Source: a virus. From it: DNA of 64,000 bases. The DNA is taken from the IMG/VR virus record IMGVR_UViG_3300032246_001270. One strand, given 5' to 3'. Both the position numbers and the translations under genes were made by a program. Every line of letters begins with the position of its first letter. Positions within the stretch are counted from its first letter, which is position 1. The notes beneath the pieces are model-generated. The model saw only the letters and a list, made by a program, of their open reading frames with translations, was not told the origin of the DNA and did no database searches. This document shows positions 49,501-57,400 of the stretch, one piece after another.

Positions 49501-49647
49501 ATCTCCAGCTAAGTAGATAATAGAATCTTCCGTTCCTCTCTTTTTGATTTCTTCAAACATTGAGTAGAATACTTCTCTAAACTCTTTGTGTCTTTTAATG
49601 TTACGGATGTGTATATCCGCAATGTGATAAATTCTCTTTAACCTCAT
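46504..49647 (-). CDS. Fused Mre11/SbcD nuclease - Rad50/SbcC ATPase (gp47-gp46-like)
   Basis: ADIH, GD, GNHD and GDIH phosphoesterase motifs; APNAQGKSS Walker A; CNFC zinc hook; CSGMEK signature; VIDEGFGTLD Walker B/D-loop; ISH. Confidence 0.9.
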   Translation of the reverse strand: MRLKRIYHIADIHIRNIKRHKEFREVFYSMFEEIKKRGTEDSIIYLAGDIAHAKLEMSPELVSEISWLFTECNKLCPTIVIAGNHDCNMNNSDRMDVLTPIVDALKLPNLTYLKDTQVYGIGDVDFAVFSIFDNKYNWPKANTLFGNKKIALFHGPVDNSTTDVGYVVSSRHFTTDIFDGYDLALLGDIHKRQEMISPSGCKVVYAGSLVQQNFGETLDKHGFLAWDLDTMTYEEIDIKNDYGYYTLDVDGGIVPDVTDMPLYPRLRVRVTNTDTADTKRMMADITAKYGVEDFTIIRTDTFNKKKTNDREARLEVDSIADINHQNSLIGEYIERMMPFVTKEDLAGIEKINRDINSRIQPSELQRNISWKPIKFDFSNMFSYGERNVINFDKVNGLMGLFAPNAQGKSSLFDAISFCLFDKCSRAYKASAIMNNRKSDFHCQLEFSVDGVVYGIRREGRTINKGKNVKVDVDFWREGDSGRESLNGTERRDTNQNIETYVGRYEDFIMTALSLQANNALFIDKSQSERKDLMAQFMGLDIFDKLYDTATNDIKDVNALIRNFRRTDFTSELAQKENDLNSKREEYDSLDAEKLDLENRKVDLEEQIVTISQQIVPIQGNLDINSLNAKAQKIVDDLKVWGDSKSDKTTKHTESKELVREAKEMVDSKVTINGTDIGEAQVQLNLVKGQIKDTLHQIELLESAIEHNKEKLSHLAEHEYDPNCNFCMNNVFVKDAKETETKLEQQGNQLETLNILHGALITQLGELAGVEDQFRQWKQWTDEHKRLIVVTERLDVDIKTCDTKVELLQHQKETVSADINRYFENEGTIIRNEALDVQIQNVRRLKQGVEKQISDVNKLMLKLMSEVGATKTYIDNMVAKMEEVKELESKNQLYTFYLDAVKKDGVPYELISKALPAIENEVNNILGQVVDFSISMDTDGKNINAKIVYEDQEWALEMCSGMEKFISGLAIRVALINICNLPRPNFLVIDEGFGTLDADNLSSLFMMMQYLKTQFDFIWVISHLEQMRDIVDGLIEIKKVDGFSKINF

Positions 49648-50582
49648 ATATTATTTAGTTTGGATAGAACTAAGTCATCCCATCCAGTTTGTGTTGCTCC
49701 TTTTAATAATTCTCTAACTGCTTTAAATCCCATATCCCCAGCATCCTTTCCTTTTGGTATAATATTCTTTACATTAATACCATTCTTTATAAAATAATCA
49801 GTATGCTTTGTAGAATCGGTAATAGCATCTGAATCTAATAGTATTGTTACTTCCTTAACACCTTTCTCTATAATCTTATTCTTTAATTTACTCAATAAGA
49901 ACTTACCAAGCAAAGGAATGCAATTTCTCTTAACTGAAAATGAATCAAATACACCTTCCACTAAAGTAATAGGTTCATTCCAATTGATTTGATTTTCAAA
50001 CACAATAACATCTCTATTAACCGGCGGATTCTTATACTTCATTCGTTCTTCTTTGTAATATGAACGAGCTATAAAATAATTCAAATCACCATTCTCATCA
50101 TATGAAGGTACAATGATTCTACCAAAGTATAATCCTTCGGAACAATATCCAATATTGTATTTAACGATATCAGCTTGTGTAATACCTCTTTCTTTTAAGT
50201 AATTAAGTGCTTGATTATATTCAGGTTGGAATCCTTTTGGTTTGAAATGAAGTTGTTTGAATTCTGATGGTAATTGCAACTTAGCTATATACTCATCTTT
50301 CTCAACTAATGTATAATCATCCTCACCATAGATATCTTTTAATCTATTAACGTCTCTTATATCTACATTAAGTTTGCGAAGAAGTGATTGGATGCTTCTA
50401 CCCTTAGAATCACATACCCAACAGTGCCATCTTTGGGTATCTAAATTTACTTGAAGTTTCTTTTTGTGGTGATTACAAAATGGACAATGATGTGCCTGTT
50501 CATTACCCTTTAAGGATGAACCTACACCTAATGCGGTGTCTAAAATGTTAATGACTGTTAGTTTATTCTTCCCAGATACCAT
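49644..50582 (-). CDS. DNA primase (DnaG/gp61-like)
   Basis: CPFC...HCWVC zinc finger, YLKERGI, KYKNP, Toprim VEGVFD...LDSD. Confidence 0.9.
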   Translation of the reverse strand: MVSGKNKLTVINILDTALGVGSSLKGNEQAHHCPFCNHHKKKLQVNLDTQRWHCWVCDSKGRSIQSLLRKLNVDIRDVNRLKDIYGEDDYTLVEKDEYIAKLQLPSEFKQLHFKPKGFQPEYNQALNYLKERGITQADIVKYNIGYCSEGLYFGRIIVPSYDENGDLNYFIARSYYKEERMKYKNPPVNRDVIVFENQINWNEPITLVEGVFDSFSVKRNCIPLLGKFLLSKLKNKIIEKGVKEVTILLDSDAITDSTKHTDYFIKNGINVKNIIPKGKDAGDMGFKAVRELLKGATQTGWDDLVLSKLNNI

Positions 50583-50599
50583 TATTAGTATATTCTATA

Positions 50600-50631
50600 C
50601 AAATATACAACTTTTTTGGGAATTTACCAAA
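50600..50631 (-). promoter_or_regulatory. Bacteroidota housekeeping-sigma promoter (-33 TTTG / -7 TAnnTTTG)
   Basis: Minus strand TTTG-N20-TATATTTG upstream of the primase. Confidence 0.75.
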
Positions 50632-50832
50632 TTACCAGTTAGAATTTTTTAAATCGGTTAAAAAATCGATTAAAAATTGCATTCTTGCTTTAATTTCTTC
50701 TCTAGGTTGGTTATTATCCAACATACCCTGAAGGTCTTTTAAAGATGCGGCTGTAATCATTAGTCCATCTTCTTTGTTTGTTAAAAAGGCTTCGGAAATT
50801 CCGTACTTTTTTGAGATTTCTGTAATATTCAT
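50632..50832 (-). CDS. Hypothetical protein
   Basis: 66-aa ORF; N-terminal ITEISKKYGISE is weakly HTH-like. Confidence 0.55.
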   Translation of the reverse strand: MNITEISKKYGISEAFLTNKEDGLMITAASLKDLQGMLDNNQPREEIKARMQFLIDFLTDLKNSNW

Positions 50833-50837
50833 AACTT

Positions 50838-51248
50838 TTAGTTTATAATATCCCTACGGAAGAATTTTCCCATAAGGTTTTCGTTTATTGCTTGGTCATT
50901 GGCAAGAACATCGTAATGAAATTGCCATTTAATTTCGTAATATGATAAGGATTTTTTTGAGAAACAAAATTGAATGATTTCTCTTTCAAAGTATTCAGCG
51001 TTTCCAGCTTTTACTTCTGATTTAATCCATTCGTTTGATGAATAGTATTTCTCCCAATCTGATGCTTTCTTTACAACTCTTTTACGAGTCTTTCCCTTAA
51101 GAGGTTTCAATCTTCGGGTTTGGGATAACGATTTCTTTCCTATATAAAATCTATTAGTTCTAGTATCAACTATCTTATAGACAAATCCAACTGCACCTTC
51201 AGGTGTAGTATCTTCTGTAACAATATTTCCATTAAATTTCCAACTCAT
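50838..51248 (-). CDS. GIY-YIG endonuclease, T4 endonuclease II (DenA)-like
   Basis: GFVY...FYIGKK, SDWEKYYSS, FEREII and a C-terminal N.NL.GKF. Confidence 0.75.
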   Translation of the reverse strand: MSWKFNGNIVTEDTTPEGAVGFVYKIVDTRTNRFYIGKKSLSQTRRLKPLKGKTRKRVVKKASDWEKYYSSNEWIKSEVKAGNAEYFEREIIQFCFSKKSLSYYEIKWQFHYDVLANDQAINENLMGKFFRRDIIN

Positions 51249-51251
51249 TGA

Positions 51252-51428
51252 TTATTTTTTCACAGTATCAGAATACTTCTTTGATGTATCCAATTTACCA
51301 TGTCTAGCTTTAGTAAGTGTGGTATCATCCTCTTTAGAAGTTTCTATTGGCTTTTTATCGTGTCCTTTAGTATCTATTTTACCAGTCTTAGGTGGTGTTT
51401 TTTTGTATATATCTATTATACTTGCCAT
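51252..51428 (-). CDS. Small basic hypothetical protein (58 aa; not in the ORF track)
   Basis: MASIIDIYKKTPPKTGKIDTKG...YSDTVKK*; fills the gap and is preceded by the promoter motif at 51449-51456. Confidence 0.6.
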   Translation of the reverse strand: MASIIDIYKKTPPKTGKIDTKGHDKKPIETSKEDDTTLTKARHGKLDTSKKYSDTVKK

Positions 51429-51461
51429 TTTTTATTTGATTTACTTAATATAAATATAACG

Positions 51462-52403
51462 TTATGTGTCAAAACGAACAATAAAGTTTACAGGGTAATC
51501 ATGCATTGATTTAATTGGTTGGGGTAATTTAGCCACTGCAATCATATTTAAATCGTTATCATATAACCCAATTGTAGTAATCATTGGTGCTAAATAAGAA
51601 CCAGTTTGGTCTACAGAACCACTAACAGCATAATCATCAAAACTACCAAATTTAGTAGGGTCAAATGATGATTTATATGGAAACATATTACCTCTAACAT
51701 ACTTTGTGCCTGGTGTATAAAATGATTGAGTTACTAAATCATTAAACTTTATAGAATTAGGTCTTTGAGTTATATGAGAATCAACAACACCACCATCTTC
51801 ATATACAGCTGATGGATTTTGAGAATAATTAAATTCATGCTCTAATACTGGTATGAATATTTCATTTTCAAATATTGTTTTTGTAGAATTAAAATTTAAT
51901 ACAAATTGAGAAAGAACAGAACCACTAACCACATCTTTTGCAATTACTATTAATCCTCTATCATAAAATATATTTCCTTTTATATTACTACCAGAATCAA
52001 TAAGATTAGAATAACCGTCATCTGTATAAGTCCTTCCCAATTGTTTATCTTGCAGTACAACTGTACCAACCTTTATACCTTCTCCATATTGGTGTTGTGG
52101 TATTGAAAATACAGCTATATTATTTTCTAAAATTCTTTCATCGTTTGATGCATATGATTTTCTTTTACCAACTTCTGTTAAAATTGATGCGGTAGCTGCA
52201 TTTTTATAGAATTGGTTATATACAGAAGCCCATATTAATCCTTTTACAAATCCATTACTTTTATCTGCAGTATCAACATCTATTAAAAAACTACTGCTAT
52301 TAGCACCAAATACAGGACTTATATCAGTTTCATCCAAAGCCCATTGTTTATAGACTTTGAAAGGTCTCACCATAATATCTGATTTTGGAATCTCTTTAAG
52401 CAT
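51462..52403 (-). CDS. Baseplate/tail structural protein
   Basis: GNIFYDRGLIVI, EFNYSQNP and ITTIGLYD...AVAKLPQPIK; paralogous to the upstream ORF. Confidence 0.6.
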   Translation of the reverse strand: MLKEIPKSDIMVRPFKVYKQWALDETDISPVFGANSSSFLIDVDTADKSNGFVKGLIWASVYNQFYKNAATASILTEVGKRKSYASNDERILENNIAVFSIPQHQYGEGIKVGTVVLQDKQLGRTYTDDGYSNLIDSGSNIKGNIFYDRGLIVIAKDVVSGSVLSQFVLNFNSTKTIFENEIFIPVLEHEFNYSQNPSAVYEDGGVVDSHITQRPNSIKFNDLVTQSFYTPGTKYVRGNMFPYKSSFDPTKFGSFDDYAVSGSVDQTGSYLAPMITTIGLYDNDLNMIAVAKLPQPIKSMHDYPVNFIVRFDT

Positions 52404-52435
52404 TTATCCTTTTGATTTTATATAAATATTCTAGA

Positions 52436-52466
52436 AATGAAAAACCCCCTTTCGGGGGGTTTCATT
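52436..52466 (-). terminator. Rho-independent terminator
   Basis: Minus strand AAACCCCCC-GAAA-GGGGGTTTTT. Confidence 0.85.
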
Positions 52467-52481
52467 TTATTTCAATTCTAA

Positions 52482-53726
52482 TTAGAATGATAATTTAACT
52501 TTAATTAATATTTCTTTATCAAAAGATTTAGCAATTGGTTGAGAAGTTTTAGCTACTGCAATCAATTCGTTTGCATCGTTTAATAAACCTATTGTTGTTA
52601 CATAAGTGTATGGGTCAGTATTAAAAGATGTTTCACTAAAAGTTCCATCAGCATTTACATATGTAGGATTATTGGAATAATTAAATTCTCTATTTGTTGC
52701 TCTTACAAAGAAATGTTGTGTATGAACATTTTCAGTTCTTCTTGCTTCAAAATCACCACCAGCTTTTATAGATTCAAATAATCTAAAGTGATTAAATGCA
52801 TCATAGTATGTATCTAAACTACCACTTAAATTACCCTTAAGAGTAAATGTATTTGTAGAGCCAGATGGGATGTATATGTTTTTATCAGGTAAGTTTCCTA
52901 CTACGTTTCCTATTGCTTTAGCGTTAAGAATTATAATACCTCTATTTGGATAGAACATACCATATCCTTGTCCAGTTGGAGAATATCCTGCTTTTAAATC
53001 AGTAGCGGTATCTGCTGTATTTTTTGTTGTTGCGTCTGCTTGAGTTCCTAAATTTAATGAACCAGATACTACTTTAAATTCATTACCAGCTAATCCCAAA
53101 TCATCACCAAATTTCTTACCACTATTATCAATGAATGTAAAGTAACCATTAGAACCAGAAAGTTTTAATGACCAGTTACCAGCATCCATCTTTTCTCTAT
53201 ATCTACTTCTAGCTATATTAATAATATAAATTTCATTACAATCAGTTGCAATTCCGTTTGAGTTATCAAATTGAAATTTAGATAATGTTGGGTCTAATAA
53301 CATTGATTTATATTGAGCGTAGGTAGCTTTAGTTGCTAATAATGCGTTATCATTTTTTTCTAAAGTTATAGAACCACTACCATCACTACTACCCCATGCT
53401 ATAGCGAATTGAACTTCTTCACTATCAGTAAATCTTGGGTCAGCATTTAATGCGTTTACATAATAATATCCACTATTAGCTTCTGTTTGAATAGATGAAG
53501 AATATATATTAGTTAAAGAACCAGAATCATTACTCCATAATCCAGTTGTTACAACTTCAGTTTTTGCATTTACTTTATCAAATTCACCAAATCTTTTATA
53601 AATACCAATTTTAGCATCACCAGCAGCCGTACCAACCAATTGATTAAGTAATTCTGTTGTTAATGTGTTATTATTAATTGCGGTTTGAATTCGACCGGTT
53701 ATATTAGGGTCTGTTATTTGTGCCAT
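52482..53726 (-). CDS. Baseplate/tail structural protein
   Basis: YGMFYPNRGIIIL, EFNYSNNP and VTTIGLLND...AVAKTSQPI. Confidence 0.6.
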   Translation of the reverse strand: MAQITDPNITGRIQTAINNNTLTTELLNQLVGTAAGDAKIGIYKRFGEFDKVNAKTEVVTTGLWSNDSGSLTNIYSSSIQTEANSGYYYVNALNADPRFTDSEEVQFAIAWGSSDGSGSITLEKNDNALLATKATYAQYKSMLLDPTLSKFQFDNSNGIATDCNEIYIINIARSRYREKMDAGNWSLKLSGSNGYFTFIDNSGKKFGDDLGLAGNEFKVVSGSLNLGTQADATTKNTADTATDLKAGYSPTGQGYGMFYPNRGIIILNAKAIGNVVGNLPDKNIYIPSGSTNTFTLKGNLSGSLDTYYDAFNHFRLFESIKAGGDFEARRTENVHTQHFFVRATNREFNYSNNPTYVNADGTFSETSFNTDPYTYVTTIGLLNDANELIAVAKTSQPIAKSFDKEILIKVKLSF

Positions 53727-53743
53727 ATTTTATCTATATTTTA

Positions 53744-54370
53744 TTATACTAATTGTTTATAAGTTACTGTTACAGGTATAGTTTGAGAACCACCAGTTTC
53801 GTTACCATAAACAGTGATAGTTGTACTAACATCAATTTTTAAGTTTGGATTTGGAGTGAATCTGAATTCTAAACCACTTACAACAGTTGCTGTTGTTGTT
53901 ACTTCATCATTTAAATATAAAGATGTTGTAGCTGCTGCAGCTCCTCTAGTTACAGACAATGTACCAGCTCTTTGGTCTGCTAATACCATTGTATATCCTG
54001 AATTTGAATTTCCTGATGGAGATGTTGTTGGTAATAAAGCCACACCACCTTCATATTGATTTACCGCAATTGATGGTACACCTAATTTAACAGTTGCTAT
54101 TTGGGTAGTTCCTTTTGGTAAAGTAACTAATTTATATCTTAATACTTGAGTTTCATCAGGTGAAGCTTCCGTTATAGGAATAGCTTTAATTGCAGAATCG
54201 TAATAAGCTGAACCTTTTGGATGTGCTGGTTCATAAAGCGTATAATCGATTTCATCATCTCCCAAAGCGAACTTTGTAATGTTCAAAGATTGACCAGATG
54301 CTAATTTTTGTCTTCCTTTTTTAGTAAGGATAGCATCTACTGTTATTTCGGTGTTATCTAAATATGCCAT
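53744..54370 (-). CDS. Baseplate/tail-collar structural protein
   Basis: VDAILTKKGRQKLA...ITKFALGDDEIDY, resembling tail-collar/baseplate N-terminal motifs. Confidence 0.6.
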   Translation of the reverse strand: MAYLDNTEITVDAILTKKGRQKLASGQSLNITKFALGDDEIDYTLYEPAHPKGSAYYDSAIKAIPITEASPDETQVLRYKLVTLPKGTTQIATVKLGVPSIAVNQYEGGVALLPTTSPSGNSNSGYTMVLADQRAGTLSVTRGAAAATTSLYLNDEVTTTATVVSGLEFRFTPNPNLKIDVSTTITVYGNETGGSQTIPVTVTYKQLV

Positions 54371-54425
54371 TTTTAATTTATTTTTGTTCTATATTCTATA
54401 AATATAACTTATTTTATTTTTCAAA

Positions 54426-57400
54426 TTAATCAACCTCAAGAATTGGTTCTCCACTACCTCTACCAGTCTTAGCCACTCTAAGGATGTTAGGATTAGTAGT
54501 AAATGTTTCAACTGGGTCTAATCCATCAGGTGTAGTTGCTGCAGATTGTAATGAACCCTTCCAAAATGAACGAGTCATACCTTCAGATAAGTTATTTACA
54601 TATCTATAATGTGTTGGTAAGTATCCATTTACAGACTCTACTGAAACAATATTATTTCCTATTGCTACGCTACCACTCCAAGATTGAGAAGAAACTTTAT
54701 ATTTGTATTTTGTAACAGGAATATTTGTATATCTAACTTGACTTCCAGATAATGCGCCATTCACAGGGTATCCATCTATTTGTGTTGATATTTTTTGAAC
54801 ATATTGTTCTTTTACCAAAAATACACTTTTTCTACTTCCAGTTTGTTGATAATTTCCAAATAATGTTTCTAATTCTCTTACTACGGCAGTTCCATTTTTT
54901 GCATATAACCCATATCCTGCATTTGCTAAAGAATCCTTTTCCATACCAATTGCTTGAAAACTAAATGCATCAACTTCAATAACTATATTACTTCCTGTAT
55001 TAGTTGCCTGTAAAAATGTTTCATACATTGGTAAATTACCTTCTAATTTAGTATTATCATTTGCATTAATTTGAGTATCATAATTTGAATTAGTTCCATT
55101 CAAATAATATATTTCTTGTGCATCAATTAATCCTTCTTCATTACTAATATTGCTTGTAAGTGTTGTTACTTCTTGTGCATCTATATATGCATCTTCAGAA
55201 ATTGAATCTAATTCTAATACAAAATGTTCATTATAATCAATTAGAGTATTATAATCTTCGTGCTCTGCAATAGGTCTATCCCAACGAGTTTTACTTCTTT
55301 CTAAATAGTGAGGTTCAATTAATAATCCTTTAGATACATTTGCTCTAGCCGGTGCTAAATCTGCAAGCACTTCAAACAATGATTTATCAATGTATTTTAT
55401 TAATCTGATATATTCATAAATATCCCTACCATTCATTCTTTCAAAATAGTAATGTCTTAAAGTATCTAATTCAGAATAATGTTCTTTATATTCATCTCCA
55501 AAATCACCAATATAATCATCTATATTAAATTGTCCAAATGTTTTTAAGATATCCATGTTTAACTCCTTAATTGGAGAGAAAAATAATCCTAATCTATTTG
55601 TATCAATTGGAGCTCTATCAAATGATTTTTTAGTTGCTCTTTGTTTATAAGAAAGGTCACTAATTAATGTTTGCTCTTCAAATCTTATTTTATTTGAATA
55701 TGTTAATCCTAAAGATGGTACATGTGCTGTTACAGTTCTATCATATGGTATATACTGATATGGGTAGTGTGATGCTGAATACATATTATTTGCATATCCA
55801 TAATCTTCTCCATAGTTATCCGATACCGATACATTTTTAATTCCGTAATTTTCAGTTTTTGTTCTATCTTTTGGATATTCAAAATCTAAACGGAATAATA
55901 AATCTTTTGTCGATGAATCATAATCATTACCATTAGTTGCATCAGGAAATAAAGTATGATTTTCAAATTTACTCCTTTGCAAAGGTACACTCCATAATCT
56001 AACTTCATCCAAAGTTCCCTCATATCCATTTCCACCAATTTGTAAAAATGAACCAGTTTCCCATTGAGTATCAGTAGTTTGAAGTGACATACTCACCGAT
56101 GTTATAATTCTATGGCCATCTGTTGTATTTAACCAAACTTCAAACCAAGAAGATGAATCAGGATTATTGTGTCTATTAATTGCAACTTGTGAATAATATT
56201 CATTAGATATTGGAAAATCCAAACTACCTGTTTTTAAATCAGGTCCATATGCATATGGTTCATTATTTATATAAGATATATAATATGTTGCGGGAATACT
56301 AACATTTTCATCAAAATATGTATTTGTTGATGCATCACCACCAAAGTTTAATTCTAATTTACCAAAAGAACCAGTAGTTTGTATTAAATCCAAACTCCAT
56401 TCACTACCACTTATTAAACTATAAGATGTATTTGGTAATGTTGATGGAAGTATTCTAAATTCAACACAATCCGGATAGCTTGCACTTCCTGTATTGTATT
56501 TCCAAGGTACTTTAATATTTGAACTTCCGTTTGCATTTAAACTACCATTTAAATAAATTGCAGCTGTTCTATCATCAAATGTAAATTGAGAAACTGCATC
56601 AGTTGTTGGGTCTTGAGGTCCACCAAATTCCATTATAGTCAACATAGATTGTGGTACTCCGTAACAAGCCATTATAGCTTTCATACTTCTAGCAGTACCT
56701 TTATGTTTTAATAGATAAGGTAAATTATTTAATATTCTTCTCCAAACTTCATTGTTTGCATCAGCCAATGGCATTGAATATTTTTGAGTACCATCTTTAT
56801 AAGTACCAAATGCATATTCCCAAAGTAATTCTGAATTAAATGCTCTTTTTGCATCCCAACCAAATGATTCTAATAGTGTATGAACTAAGTTATTTGAAAA
56901 TCCTTTTACTTGTTTATGTTCTAATACTTTAGTTTTTGATAAATTAGCTATATACGCCCATACTATATCAAAGTGTTGGCCTATCATATCTAAAAATACT
57001 AAGAAATCATTATTGTTATAATCTTCTTTTATAAATTCAGGTATATTATTTACCAAATAATCAGGGTTGTATTTATCATATTCAGCTGCTAAATCTATTA
57101 AAGAATTATACCAAGCTACAACATCATTATTTGTTGATATTTTTAAAGTATAAGTAGCAAGTCCAGATATTGGATTTATATATAATTCTTTTGGATATGC
57201 TAAATCATTTGTTGATTTATATAAAAAGTTTTCAAATCCATCCAATGATTTAACTAGTCCATTTATTGTATCTGATAATTTTTTTATTTCATTTAATTGA
57301 GGAGTTCCTTTATATTGTATAATTTCCCAATCAATATCAAATAAACCATCTTCAGTTTGTACTTGATATCCATCTTCTGTTAATACACCACCATTATAGT

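Noticed and set aside
50838-51248. Mobile homing endonuclease
   Set aside because: Short single-domain GIY-YIG with no NUMOD-type DNA-binding tail, and not interrupting any gene; fits an EndoII-like nuclease better.
46470-51410. KKTPPK hexapeptide shared by the RHH protein and the 58-aa ORF
   Set aside because: No further similarity; probably chance in Lys-rich peptides.
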